Part shown: positions 18,402 to 28,344 of the stretch, piece after piece | How positions within the stretch are numbered: the first letter of the stretch is position 1 | Layout of the letters: each line of letters opens with the position of its first letter | Assembly (NCBI GenBank): GCA_966211755.1 | Contig: CBIHOH010000006.1 | Location: 24,534-88,533, forward strand | Source: an uncultured Rhizobacter sp. | Lineage (GTDB): Bacteria; Pseudomonadota; Gammaproteobacteria; Burkholderiales; Burkholderiaceae_C | DNA length: 64,000 nucleotides | Direction of reading: 5' to 3' | Program-made: the position numbers and the translations under genes | The notes under the pieces: generated by a model | Database searches by the model: none | What the model was told of the DNA's origin: nothing | Seen by the model: only the letters and a program-made list of their open reading frames with translations

Positions 18402-19558
18402 TGCTGCCGGCCCTCGTCAAGAAAGAACTGCTGGCCCTGACCCGCGACCTGCACGGCCTGGCGGCGCTGTTCCTGATGCCGGTGATGTTCATCGTCATCA
18501 TGTCGCTGGCGCTGAAGGATGTGTACAACCCGCCGCTGGCCGCTCTGCCGTACGCGGTGACCTCGCACGACCCGGGCGAGCTGGCGCAGTCGCTGCAGGC
18601 CCTCTGGCAGCGCCAGCACGGCGCCCCCCGGCCCCTGGCGGCCGACTGGCAGGCGCAGCTGCGCAGCGGCCAGCTGAAATACGTGCTGGTACTCGAGGCC
18701 GGGCTGTCGGACGAACTCGGGCAGCCCTCGCTGCCCGTCGCGCCGCTGATGCGCCTGCTGGTCGACCCGGGCATGGAAAACAGCCTCTTCAATTCGCTCA
18801 AGGCCGAGCTGGCGGGCGCTGCCGGCGAACTCAAGGCCAGGGCGGCCCTGGCCAACACCGATGCCCCGCCGCCGCCGGCCAACGCCTCGATGATGGCGCT
18901 GGTGCAGGCTGAACGTTTCGCCAGCGGCGGGCCGCGTCCGACCTCGGTGCAGCAGAACGTGCCGGCCTGGCTGGTGTTCGGCATGTTCTTCGTCATCGCC
19001 TCGCTGGCCAATCTGTTCGTCCAGGAACGCAGCTCGGGCACGCTGGCGCGGCTGCGCAGCCTGGGGGTGCCGCGCAGCGTGCTGCTGGTCTCCAAGGCCT
19101 TGCCCTACCTGGGCGTGAACGCGCTGCAGGCGGCGCTGATGCTGGCGGTCGGCGTGTGGGTGATGCCGCTGCTCGGCGGCGACGCCCTCTCGCTGCGCGG
19201 CGTCGACTGGCCCGCGCTGCTGCTGGCCCTGGGCGCGGTGAGCCTGGCCGCGGTGAGCCTGTCGCTGGCGCTGGCCTGCGCCGTGCGCAGCCATGCGCAG
19301 GCGGCCGCCATCGGCCCCATCCTGAACGTGCTGATGGCGGCGGTGGGCGGCATCATGGTGCCCAAGTTCGTGATGCCGGCCTTCATGCAGCGCCTGGCCG
19401 AGCTGTCGCCGATGAACTGGGGCCTGGAGGCCCTGCTGACGGTGCTGCTGCGCGGTGGCGACATGGCCGCCGCCTGGCCGCATGCGGCCCGCCTGATGAG
19501 CTTTGCGGCCGGCATGCTGCTGCTGGCCCTCTTTCTTTTCCGAAGACCCTCCCGATGA
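18401..19558 (+). CDS. ABC-2 type exporter permease
   Basis: KELL..RD start, QQNVPAW, ER..GTL.RL, several hydrophobic helices, SPMNW. Confidence 0.9.
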   Translation: MLPALVKKELLALTRDLHGLAALFLMPVMFIVIMSLALKDVYNPPLAALPYAVTSHDPGELAQSLQALWQRQHGAPRPLAADWQAQLRSGQLKYVLVLEAGLSDELGQPSLPVAPLMRLLVDPGMENSLFNSLKAELAGAAGELKARAALANTDAPPPPANASMMALVQAERFASGGPRPTSVQQNVPAWLVFGMFFVIASLANLFVQERSSGTLARLRSLGVPRSVLLVSKALPYLGVNALQAALMLAVGVWVMPLLGGDALSLRGVDWPALLLALGAVSLAAVSLSLALACAVRSHAQAAAIGPILNVLMAAVGGIMVPKFVMPAFMQRLAELSPMNWGLEALLTVLLRGGDMAAAWPHAARLMSFAAGMLLLALFLFRRPSR

Positions 19559-19821
19559 ACGCCCCTGCCGAACTGATCGCCGCCTTGAAGACCCTGGTGC
19601 TCGAAGCCGCCGAAAAACAGGCTCCGGACGGCGGCCTGGGCGACGACGAAGCGCTGTTCGGCCCCGAGGCCCGGCTGGCGCTCGATTCGCTCGACGCCCT
19701 GCAGATCTCCATGGCCATCCAGGAACGCTTCGGGGTGCGCATGCCCGACAGCAAGGACACGCGCCGCGCGCTGGTGTCCATCGCCAGCCTGGCGCAATAC
19801 CTGCACGATCGCCGGGCATGA
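19555..19821 (+). CDS. acyl carrier protein
   Basis: 88 aa, LDSLDALQI phosphopantetheine motif. Confidence 0.9.
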   Translation: MNAPAELIAALKTLVLEAAEKQAPDGGLGDDEALFGPEARLALDSLDALQISMAIQERFGVRMPDSKDTRRALVSIASLAQYLHDRRA

Positions 19822-20882
19822 ACCCGGTCTACCTCGCCGGGACCGGGCTGGCCTGCGCGCTCGGGCCCGACCTGGCCGCCTCGCTCGCCTGCCTGCGCCG
19901 GGGTGGCGTGATCCCGACGCCGGTGACGGTCGCGCCCGGCACCGCCTGGCCGGTCTACACCCTGCCGCCCGAGGCCGGCAGCTGGCAGGAGCGCGCACGG
20001 CGGCAGATCCAGCGGGTGGCCCGGGAAAGCGGCGCCCTGGCGCAGCGCGACGGTCCCTTGTTCATTGCCTCCTCGTCGCTGGACGTCGGTGATCGCGAGC
20101 AGCGCGGCGACCTGGACGGGGACGTGCAGGTGCTGGCCGACCGCATCACCCAATGGCTGGACTGGCGCGGGCCGGTGTTCACCGTCTCCACCGCCTGCAC
20201 CTCGGCCCTGAATGCGCTGTTGAGCGCGGCGGCCATGGTGCGCAGCGGCGAGGCCGCCCATGCCCTGGTGCTGGGCGTGGAACTGAGCAACCGGCTCACG
20301 GTAGCGGGTTTCGGCGCCATGCAGCTGCTCTCGCCCGACGCCGCGCGCCCCTTCGGCGCCGATCGCAATGGCCTGGTGCTGGGCGAGGCGGTGGCGGCAC
20401 TGCATCTGTCGGCCACGCCGGCGCGCTGGCGCCTGGCCGGCGGCGCCAGCATCGTCGACGGGCGCGACCCGGCCGGCGCGGTGCCCGGCGCCGTCGTGGC
20501 GATGTGCGAGCAAGCGCTGGCGCAAAGCGGCCTGCGCGCCGCGGACATCGACCTGCTCAAGCCGCAGGCGGCCGGCAGCCCGGCGTCCGATGCCGTCGAG
20601 GCGGCCGCGCTGAAACAGGTGTTCGACCCGCTGCCGCCCCTGGTGTCGCTCAAGCCGGACATCGGCCATACCCTGGGCGCAGCCGGCGCGGCGGAGATCG
20701 CGCTGCTGCTCGGCTGCCTCGAGTCCGGCGCCTGGCCGGCCACCGACTATGCGCTGGACGACACGCTGCAGCTGGCGCTGAGCCCGCAGCCGCCGGCCCG
20801 GGTGCGCCGCCTGCTGGCCGCCATCATCGGCTTCGGCGGCGGCCATGCCGCCGTGGTGCTCGAAGACGGGGCGGCAGCGTGA
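19818..20882 (+). CDS. beta-ketoacyl synthase (FabF/FabB-like)
   Basis: STACTSA, RPF...RNG..LGEA, GHTLGAAG, FGGG; first catalytic His position reads KPQAAGS. Confidence 0.85.
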   Translation: MNPVYLAGTGLACALGPDLAASLACLRRGGVIPTPVTVAPGTAWPVYTLPPEAGSWQERARRQIQRVARESGALAQRDGPLFIASSSLDVGDREQRGDLDGDVQVLADRITQWLDWRGPVFTVSTACTSALNALLSAAAMVRSGEAAHALVLGVELSNRLTVAGFGAMQLLSPDAARPFGADRNGLVLGEAVAALHLSATPARWRLAGGASIVDGRDPAGAVPGAVVAMCEQALAQSGLRAADIDLLKPQAAGSPASDAVEAAALKQVFDPLPPLVSLKPDIGHTLGAAGAAEIALLLGCLESGAWPATDYALDDTLQLALSPQPPARVRRLLAAIIGFGGGHAAVVLEDGAAA

Positions 20883-21358
20883 GCGGCCTGCGTGTCGCCG
20901 CCCACCTCGTGGTGGACCCGCCCCCCACCGACTGGCGCGACCGGCTCGCCGCGCGGCTAGGGCAACGCCCCAGGCGCATCGGCCACTGGGCCGAACTGGC
21001 CCTGTACGGCGCCCGGCTGTGCCTGGATGCCGCAGGCGAGCACACATTGCCTGGCGGCGCCAGCCTGCGGGTGGCCAGCCTCGGCAGCACCCTGAGCGCC
21101 ACGCGGGCCTGCCTCGAACAATGCCGCCACGGGCTGCCCATGCCCTTCAGCTTCATGCAGAGCCAGCCCAGCCAGATGCTGGCCGCCCTCAGCCAGCACC
21201 TGGCCTGGCAAGGCCATGCCAGTTTCGTGACGAGCCGCGATCCGCAGGCGCTGCGCCGCCTGGCCGAGCTCGAGGCGGGTGTCGCGGGCGTGCTGCTCGG
21301 CTGGGTGGAAGAAGGCGAGCACCCGCGTACCGAATGGTGGCGGCTGGTACGCGACTGA
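20879..21358 (+). CDS. hypothetical protein, possibly chain-length-factor-like KS partner
   Basis: GTGA overlap with KS; RPRRI...LAL and PMPFSFMQSQP resemble CLF-like SPTxFxxS motifs (inference). Confidence 0.6.
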   Translation: MSGLRVAAHLVVDPPPTDWRDRLAARLGQRPRRIGHWAELALYGARLCLDAAGEHTLPGGASLRVASLGSTLSATRACLEQCRHGLPMPFSFMQSQPSQMLAALSQHLAWQGHASFVTSRDPQALRRLAELEAGVAGVLLGWVEEGEHPRTEWWRLVRD

Positions 21359-21380
21359 CACCGGCCGACCGGAGCCGGAC

Positions 21381-21770
21381 ATGCATCGCCCGTCGAGAAG
21401 CCACCGCCTGCCCGCGCTCGCCCTGGTCAGCCTGCTGTGCGCTTGCTCGACCCCGTCGTACGACTGGGGCGACTACGACACGCTGCTCTACCACGTTTAC
21501 CAGCGTCCCTCCGAGATGCACAGGCTGCAGCGGGCGCTGGAACACCACATCGCCTCGTTGGAAGCGAATCGGAAAAAAGTGCCGCCGGGGATGTATGCCG
21601 AACTGGGAAGCTTGTACATGCAGGCCGGCGACACTCACCAAGCCAGGGCCTTGTACGCCCGCGAGCGAGCGGCCTGGCCGGAGAGCCGGCTGTTGATGGA
21701 GGTCTTGATCACCGGCATCGACGAGGCTGCCCCGCAGACGAAAACCGACGGCCCTGCCGGCGCATCATGA
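21381..21770 (+). CDS. DUF4810-like lipoprotein
   Basis: Lipobox LCAC; YDWGDY..LY, VPPG.YA.LG.LY, E...WPES. Confidence 0.8.
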   Translation: MHRPSRSHRLPALALVSLLCACSTPSYDWGDYDTLLYHVYQRPSEMHRLQRALEHHIASLEANRKKVPPGMYAELGSLYMQAGDTHQARALYARERAAWPESRLLMEVLITGIDEAAPQTKTDGPAGAS

Positions 21771-22489
21771 GGACTCTCGCCGCGACCGCGCTGCTGCTCT
21801 GCGGCCTCTGCAGCGGGTGTGTCCAGATCCGCTTCCGGCCCGAGCCCCCGCCGGGTGACGCTACGGCGCAGCAACGGGCAGAGGAAGAAGAAGCCCTGCC
21901 TGCCGAAGCCCCCTCGCGCGAAACACTCGTCCGCGCCTGGGCCTCGGCAGCCCCCCGTTCCATCCTCGTCGTGCCCGCCGGCAATGGCTCGCGGCAGGCC
22001 AACGCCCCCGACCTGCTCGTGTCCACGCTGGCACCGGTCCTGGCCGAGAGGGGCTATTACGTCTTCCCGATCCATACGGTCAAGACGCTGCTCGAACGCG
22101 AGGGCGAGGCGCCGATCCGGCCACACCCGTCCTCGGCGCGGCGGCTGGCCAGCCGCTTCGGCGCCGACGCCGTTCTGTATGTGACGCTCCGGGTGTGGGA
22201 CGCCGACTACTGGATCGCCCACACCGTGCTGGCCATCGAAGCCGACTATCGCTTGCTCGGCAAGAACGGCGAACTGCTATGGCACACCCTGCAGCGGGTG
22301 GAACACCGGCCACGGCCGTGGCCCGGGAGCGGCGGGGACCGCGTCGTCAATTTCCTGGAAAAGGCGATCGTCGCGGGCATCGCCCGCGCCGCGCCCGACT
22401 ACCTGCCGCTGACCCGCCAGCTCCATGCGCAGGCCATCCTGCATGGTGCGCAGGCCCTGCCCGCCGGCCCCATCGCCAAGGCGCCGTGA
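21767..22489 (+). CDS. DUF799 (GNA1162-like) lipoprotein
   Basis: Lipobox CSGC; PRSILVVP..N, LAERGYYVFP, FGADAVLY. Confidence 0.8.
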   Translation: MRTLAATALLLCGLCSGCVQIRFRPEPPPGDATAQQRAEEEEALPAEAPSRETLVRAWASAAPRSILVVPAGNGSRQANAPDLLVSTLAPVLAERGYYVFPIHTVKTLLEREGEAPIRPHPSSARRLASRFGADAVLYVTLRVWDADYWIAHTVLAIEADYRLLGKNGELLWHTLQRVEHRPRPWPGSGGDRVVNFLEKAIVAGIARAAPDYLPLTRQLHAQAILHGAQALPAGPIAKAP

Positions 22490-22943
22490 AGAGCGTGACG
22501 GATCGCACGCGCCATGCCATGAGGCGAAAAACCAAGGCCTAGCCAGCCGCCGTGCGCGAAAGGGCTTCATCTTCGCGCCCATCGGCCGATAGGGGATCGT
22601 CGCCCGCGAGGCCATGCCGGCACGGACCGCACCCGGCAGACCACCGACCGGAAAGGCCGTTCCGTCCGCCCCCTCGGGAAGTCCGTGTTCATCGGACATC
22701 CCTGGCACCCGAAACCCTCCAACCACTTTAGATGTCACTCGTCATCCAATACGGAGCCCGGTGGATCCGTTCACGTTCCGTAACCTGCCGGGCATTCATC
22801 CTGCAAAGGTCCGGATGTGCCAGGCCACAAGCCCTCCGCACCGGGTAGGCGAACACAGTCTTGTTCTGTGCTGACGAAACCTGTCATGTATCGCATCGAC
22901 GCCGACGTGATACGCCACTCTTGCAAGCCCACCGACACCTTCC

Positions 22944-24866
22944 ATGCAAACCGCCAGACCTTCCACTTACAAACTCGTCACACGGGCCGCTTTGACCCTG
23001 CAGTTTCATTCTGTTGCAGCCGCCGCCTTGCTGGTCGTCCTGACCGGATGTGGCGGAGGCTCGGGGGAAACGGCGGCGAGGTCCTCCGAGCAGGCGTCCT
23101 CCAACCAGGGTTCGATGTCCGGCATGTCGCCCCCGTCCGAGGCCATGTCCGGCCCGGCGCCGGCGCCCGCGCCCGCGCCGGCTGCAGCCGGCGAACCGGC
23201 CCCCGTGGCCGACGCCCCGGCAGCGCCCCCGCGGGCGATCGCGCAGACCGCCGACACCGCGGCGGTGGTGGTCCCCCCGGAGTCGCCCACGACCACCCTG
23301 GACGCCGTGCGGCTCGCCAACCAGGCCACCTTCGGGGCCACCGAGCCGCTGGTCGCCAGCATCAGATCGCAAGGCGCGAGCGCCTGGATCGCCACGCAGA
23401 TGAACCTGCCACAGAGCTCGCAGTACACCAGCGGCGCGGGTCCCGACATGCACCTGTACACCGGCACCGGCGACTACTGCGACGGCAAGGTGTCGACCTG
23501 CTGGCGCGACAACCTCTCGTCCGAGCCGCTGCTGTGGGACTTCTACCGCAATGCCATGACCCAGCCCGACCAGCTGCGCCAGCGCGTGGCCTTCGCGCTG
23601 CAGCAGATCCTGGTGGTCAACAACCTCAAGGTGACCGGCACCTACGGCCTGCGCAACTACTACAACAACCTGATGGCGCTGAGTTTCGCCAACTACCGCG
23701 ACGTGCTGAAGAAGGTGAGCCTGTCGCCGGTGATGGCCGATTTCCTCGACCATGCCAACAACAGCAAGCACCTGCCGAACGAGAACTACGCACGCGAGCT
23801 GACGCAGCTGTTTTCCATCGGCAACTGCCAGCTCAACATGGACGGCAGCCTGAAGGGCGGGCAGTGCAACCCGACCCACGACAACGGCACGGTGCGCTCG
23901 ATCGCGCAGGCGCTCACCGGCTGGACCTATCCCGTCGGCGGCAAGGCGCCCTACGGCTGCTTCCCGGCCGGCGCCAATTGCCGCTACTACGGCGGAGACA
24001 TGGTGCCCCTCGAGAGCTATCACACGACCGCGGCGCTGCAGCTGCCGAGCGGCTATGCGCTGGCGGCCAACCACACCGCGGCCGGCGCGCTCGAGGTCGT
24101 GCTCGACAGCCTGATGGCCAACCCCAACATGCCGCCCTTCATCGGCAAGCAGCTGATCCAGCACCTCGTCACCAGCAACCCGTCGCCCGCCTATGTGTCG
24201 CGCGTGGCGAACGCCTTTCGCAGCGGCAAGTTCCAGTCCTTCGGCAGCGGCGTCAACGGCGACCTCTCCGCCACGGTGGCCGCCGTGCTGCTCGACCCCG
24301 AGGCGCGCGGCGCCAACCTCTCGCGCAACGCCGGCAAGCTGCGCGAGCCGGTGCTCATGTTCACCGGGGTGCTGCGCGGCCTGAACGGCCGCACCGACGG
24401 GGACGCGCTGGGCTGGAACTGGGGCGGCCTGCTGCGCCAGCACGTCTTCCGCCCGCCCACGGTCTTCAACTTCTATCCGCCCGACTACCCGGTCAGCGGC
24501 ACCAACCTGGTGGGGCCGGCCTTCGGCATCCACGGGTCGGGCACGGCGCTGGCACGGCTCAACTTCCTGCAGTACCTGATCGGCTGGAACGGCACGCGGG
24601 CCAGCGCCTCGCCGGTGCCCAATCCGATCGGCACGCAGATCGACCTGAGCGCTTTCCTGAGCAGCACCGACGACGCCGCCGCGCTCGTCGACCGGTTGTC
24701 CAACCTGGCGCTGGGCCAGCCCCTGCCCGAGCCCGGCCGGGCCGACGTCATCAAGGCCGTGGCCTGGTGGACCGCTTCGCGCGACCCGGTCAACTGGAGG
24801 ATCTACCGCGCCCAAGTGGCCGCCTACCTGGTGTACGGCTCCCCGAACTATCAAGTGCAACACTGA
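22944..24866 (+). CDS. DUF1800 family protein (copy 1), probable lipoprotein
   Basis: LTGCGGG lipobox, Pro/Ala linker, QATFG, DQLRQRVAFAL, PNENYARE, LVTSNPSPAYV, KLREP. Confidence 0.88.
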   Translation: MQTARPSTYKLVTRAALTLQFHSVAAAALLVVLTGCGGGSGETAARSSEQASSNQGSMSGMSPPSEAMSGPAPAPAPAPAAAGEPAPVADAPAAPPRAIAQTADTAAVVVPPESPTTTLDAVRLANQATFGATEPLVASIRSQGASAWIATQMNLPQSSQYTSGAGPDMHLYTGTGDYCDGKVSTCWRDNLSSEPLLWDFYRNAMTQPDQLRQRVAFALQQILVVNNLKVTGTYGLRNYYNNLMALSFANYRDVLKKVSLSPVMADFLDHANNSKHLPNENYARELTQLFSIGNCQLNMDGSLKGGQCNPTHDNGTVRSIAQALTGWTYPVGGKAPYGCFPAGANCRYYGGDMVPLESYHTTAALQLPSGYALAANHTAAGALEVVLDSLMANPNMPPFIGKQLIQHLVTSNPSPAYVSRVANAFRSGKFQSFGSGVNGDLSATVAAVLLDPEARGANLSRNAGKLREPVLMFTGVLRGLNGRTDGDALGWNWGGLLRQHVFRPPTVFNFYPPDYPVSGTNLVGPAFGIHGSGTALARLNFLQYLIGWNGTRASASPVPNPIGTQIDLSAFLSSTDDAAALVDRLSNLALGQPLPEPGRADVIKAVAWWTASRDPVNWRIYRAQVAAYLVYGSPNYQVQH

Positions 24867-24876
24867 GGCGCACAGC

Positions 24877-26352
24877 ATGACACGCAACACCCCCCACACT
24901 CACACCCATTCCCACGCCCCCGCCTCGATGAGCCGCCGCGGCTGGCTCGCCCGCTCGGGCGCCAGCCTGGCCGGCGCGCTGGGCGCGGGCACCCTGGGCA
25001 ACCTGACGCTGGGCGTCTCGCCGGCCCATGCGGCCGACTACAAGGCCCTGGTCTGCATCTTCCTGTATGGCGGCAACGACGGCATGAACATGATCGTGCC
25101 GACCGACTCCGGCCGCTACGCGGCCTACAAGAACGTGCGCCAGCGCCTGGCCCTGCCGAGCGCCAGCCTGACCCCGCTCGCCGGCATCGACTTCGGGCTG
25201 CATCCTGCCATGGCGGCGCTGGCGCCGGCCTGGGCCGAGGGCAGCCTGGCCCCGGTGTTCAACGTCGGCCCCTTGTACAAGCCCATGACCAAGGCGCAGT
25301 ACCGCGCCGAGCCGAACACCTCGCGCCAGCTGCCCGACAACCTGTTCTCCCACTCGGACCAGCAAAGCCATTGGGAAACCGGCAGCATCCGCATGGGCAC
25401 GCGCAGCGGCTGGGGTGCACGGGCCTCGGCCGAGATGGCCACCGTCAACCCGGTCATCTCGGTGGGCGGCAGCTCCCGTTTCGGCACCTCGGACCTGCAG
25501 ACGCCCCTGGTGATCCCCGGCTATCCCGGCGCCAACTTCGGCCTCGACGGCCTGCAGGCCCAGGACCTGGGCTGGGAGCCGAACGTGCTGCGCCGCAACG
25601 CCCTCAACACCTTGTACGGCACGGGCCAGGACTTGTCCCTGAGCGAAGCCTACGCCACCGCGCAGCGCAATGCCTTCTCGGTGTCGAACCGGCTGGCGGC
25701 GCTGGTCAAGGTCAAGCCTGGGGGCACGGGCGCGGTGGCGGCCATCGACCTCGCCTTCGCCCCGCTGATCGGCGGCGACGGGGCCATCAGGACCGGCCTC
25801 GGGCGCCAGCTCTACCAGGTGGCCAAGCTCATCACCGCCAACACCACGGTGCAGGGCAACCGGCAGATCTTCTTCGCCGAGATGGGCGGCTTCGACACCC
25901 ATGCCAACCAGGTCATCAACGGCACGCCCACCGGCGGCTACCACGCGACCCTGCTGAAGGAGGTGGGCGACGCGATGGCCTGCTTCCACGCCGCGATGAA
26001 GGGCGTGGGCCTGGGCGATGCGGTGACCGCATTCACCCAGAGCGACTTCGGCCGCACCTTCGGCATCAACAACAACCTCGGCACCGACCACGCCTGGGGC
26101 AACCAGCACCTGGTGCTGGGCGGGGCGGTGAAGGGAGGCACCAGCTATGGCATCTACCCCGAGCTCACGCTGGGCGGGCCCGACGACGTCGGCGTCGACA
26201 CCTGGGAACGCCAGGGCCGCTGGTTGCCGACCACCTCGGTCGACCAGTACGCCGCGACCTTGCTGGGCTGGTTCGGCGCCACCGACACCCAGCTGGCCCG
26301 GGTGCTGCCGAACCTGCAGAACTTCGCCACGCGCAGGCTCGGTTTCCTGTGA
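24877..26352 (+). CDS. DUF1501 family protein (copy 1), Tat-exported
   Basis: SRRGWL Tat motif; DYKALVCIFLYGGNDG, LFSHSDQQ, GGFDTH, SDFGRT, GTDHAWG. Confidence 0.9.
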   Translation: MTRNTPHTHTHSHAPASMSRRGWLARSGASLAGALGAGTLGNLTLGVSPAHAADYKALVCIFLYGGNDGMNMIVPTDSGRYAAYKNVRQRLALPSASLTPLAGIDFGLHPAMAALAPAWAEGSLAPVFNVGPLYKPMTKAQYRAEPNTSRQLPDNLFSHSDQQSHWETGSIRMGTRSGWGARASAEMATVNPVISVGGSSRFGTSDLQTPLVIPGYPGANFGLDGLQAQDLGWEPNVLRRNALNTLYGTGQDLSLSEAYATAQRNAFSVSNRLAALVKVKPGGTGAVAAIDLAFAPLIGGDGAIRTGLGRQLYQVAKLITANTTVQGNRQIFFAEMGGFDTHANQVINGTPTGGYHATLLKEVGDAMACFHAAMKGVGLGDAVTAFTQSDFGRTFGINNNLGTDHAWGNQHLVLGGAVKGGTSYGIYPELTLGGPDDVGVDTWERQGRWLPTTSVDQYAATLLGWFGATDTQLARVLPNLQNFATRRLGFL

Positions 26353-26358
26353 ATGGGA

Positions 26359-26383
26359 GGCGGGCCGTCGCGCACGGCCCGCC
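26359..26383 (+). terminator. hairpin after DUF1501 copy 1
   Basis: GGCGGGCCGT-cgcgc-ACGGCCCGCC; no clear U-tract. Confidence 0.4.
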
Positions 26384-26507
26384 CCCGTGTCCCCGGGGGT
26401 TTCCGCATTTTCCCGGCCCGCGGCGGGACAGGCTCACCTCCTGAGCCGGTAGCCCGACACACTGGTTCTCCCGCACCGAGCCCGGTGCGTCAGACCAAGG
26501 GACAACA

Positions 26508-26915
26508 ATGCAATGGGACATCCACGAAGAATGGGACGGGCTGGACCTGCTGGCCGCGCTCGGCCAGGCGGCCACCCTGCTGGCGACGCCGGACAGCGCC
26601 AAGGCGACACTCGACCGGCGCGAATCCGCGCTGCGCCTCACCGGCCTGTGGAACTACATCGTCTCCCGGTTCTCGGTGCTGCCGGCACGCATCCGTGCCG
26701 GGCAGAACCCGCGTGCCGTGGCCACGCAGTGGCGGGCCCACGGCTGGTTCGAGCGGCTCGACGAGAAGGACCGCCACTGGCTGCTGCGCCAGATGCTGAT
26801 CGAGGTGGGCGCCGCGTGGAACGCCTTGTCGTCCCTGCTCACGAGCGGCGTGCCCGAAGCGGCCCGCATCCTCGGCCTGGCGGCAGTGGCGCCCCAGACC
26901 GCGCTGCTGCTGTGA
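26508..26915 (+). CDS. hypothetical protein
   Basis: AAGGGA RBS, ATG, GC3-biased codons, fills intergenic gap. Confidence 0.65.
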   Translation: MQWDIHEEWDGLDLLAALGQAATLLATPDSAKATLDRRESALRLTGLWNYIVSRFSVLPARIRAGQNPRAVATQWRAHGWFERLDEKDRHWLLRQMLIEVGAAWNALSSLLTSGVPEAARILGLAAVAPQTALLL

Positions 26916-26972
26916 GTCGCGCGGCAGGCCGTGCCGGGCAGGCGAGCGCATGCCCCAAGCCCCCGGCGAAGC

Positions 26973-28277
26973 TCACACGATCAGCAGCGCCCGGAAATCA
27001 TTCACGTTGGTGAAGCTGGGGCCCGTCACCACCAGGTCGCCCAGCGGCGCGAAGAAATGGTAGGCGTCGTGGCGGTCCAGGAAGTCCGTGGCCCGCTGCC
27101 CTAGCGCGGTGGCGCGCGACAGGGTGTCGGGCGTGACGATGGCGCCGGCGTTGTCCTCCAGGCCGTCGATGCCGTCGGTGTCGGCCGCCAGCACGTACAC
27201 GCCGGGTTCGCCCTGCAGTGCCAGGGCGCAACCGAGCAGGAACTCGGTGGCCCGCCCGCCGCGTCCGCCCGCAGAGCGGACACTGACCGTGGTCTCGCCC
27301 CCGCTGAGGATCACGCACGGCCGCCGGAACGGTGTGCCGTGCCGCGCGACCGAGCGCGCCAGGGCCGCATGCACCTTGCCGACCTCGCGCGACTCGCCCT
27401 CGATGTCGTCGCCCAGCACGAACGCGTCGAGGCCGGCGGCACGCGCCAGCCCGGCCGCCGCTTCCAGCGACCGGCGCGGGGTGGCGATCAGGCGCAGCTC
27501 CTGGCCCGCGAAACACGCGTCTCCCGGCTTGGGGGTCTCGAAGGCGCCGCTTTCCAGCCCCTGCCGTGCCGCCGGGGGCAGCTCGATCGCGTAACGCCGC
27601 AGGACCCGCAGCGCGTCGGCGCAGCTGCTGGGATCGGCCACGCTGGGGCCGCTGGCGATGACGGCGGGATCGTCGCCGGGCACGTCGCTGACCAGCAGCG
27701 TCACCACCCGGGCCGGCGCGCACATCGCCGCCAGCCGGCCGCCCTTGATGGCCGACAGGTGCTTGCGCACGCAGTTCATTTCGTCGATGGCCGCACCGCT
27801 GCGCAACAAGGCCCGGTTGATCGCCTGCTTGTCTGCCAGAGTGACGCCGTCGATCGGCAAGGCCAGCAGGGCCGACCCGCCACCCGAAAACAGGCACAGC
27901 GCCAGGTCGTCGGCGCCCAGGCCGCGGGCGAGGGCCGCGATGCGCTGCGCGGCCTGCAGGCCGGCGGCATCGGGCACGGGGTGCGCGGCCTCGACGATCT
28001 CGATGCGCCCGGGCGCCGCCCGGCTGGCCGGAGGAACGTGGCCGTAGCGGGTGACCACCAGGCCGTCGAGCGGCGCCGTGGCCGGCCAGGCGGCATCCAC
28101 CGCCGCGGCCATGGCCGCCGCCGCCTTGCCCGCGCCCAGCACCCGCGTGCGCCCCCCGGTCGGCGGCGGCGGCAGGTTCTCCGCGACGATGGCGGAGGGC
28201 AGCGCGCGCGCCACCGCGGCGTCGTACAGGGCGCGCAGGAACTCCCTGGGACGGGTGCGCGCAAAGGCAAGGTTCAT
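26973..28277 (-). CDS. glycerate 2-kinase (MOFRL/TtuD family)
   Basis: GAGKAAAAM, HPVPD, SGGGSAL, RKHLS.IKGG, SGGETTV, TDGIDG, TNVND. Confidence 0.92.
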   Translation of the reverse strand: MNLAFARTRPREFLRALYDAAVARALPSAIVAENLPPPPTGGRTRVLGAGKAAAAMAAAVDAAWPATAPLDGLVVTRYGHVPPASRAAPGRIEIVEAAHPVPDAAGLQAAQRIAALARGLGADDLALCLFSGGGSALLALPIDGVTLADKQAINRALLRSGAAIDEMNCVRKHLSAIKGGRLAAMCAPARVVTLLVSDVPGDDPAVIASGPSVADPSSCADALRVLRRYAIELPPAARQGLESGAFETPKPGDACFAGQELRLIATPRRSLEAAAGLARAAGLDAFVLGDDIEGESREVGKVHAALARSVARHGTPFRRPCVILSGGETTVSVRSAGGRGGRATEFLLGCALALQGEPGVYVLAADTDGIDGLEDNAGAIVTPDTLSRATALGQRATDFLDRHDAYHFFAPLGDLVVTGPSFTNVNDFRALLIV

Positions 28278-28344
28278 GCGCGCATTCTCGACCGGAGAAG
28301 CCGGTTTGGAAACAGCAAGCGCCCGCACACCCCGGGCCCCCGGT

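Noticed and set aside
22790..22806. Shared sigma54 promoter for both DUF1800 operons
   Set aside because: GG-N10-GC fits copy 1 only; copy 2 lacks the GG at the matching position.
23149..23230. GC-rich CCGGCG-type repeats as CRISPR or contingency repeat
   Set aside because: They encode an in-frame Pro/Ala linker; no repeat-spacer structure seen in the window.
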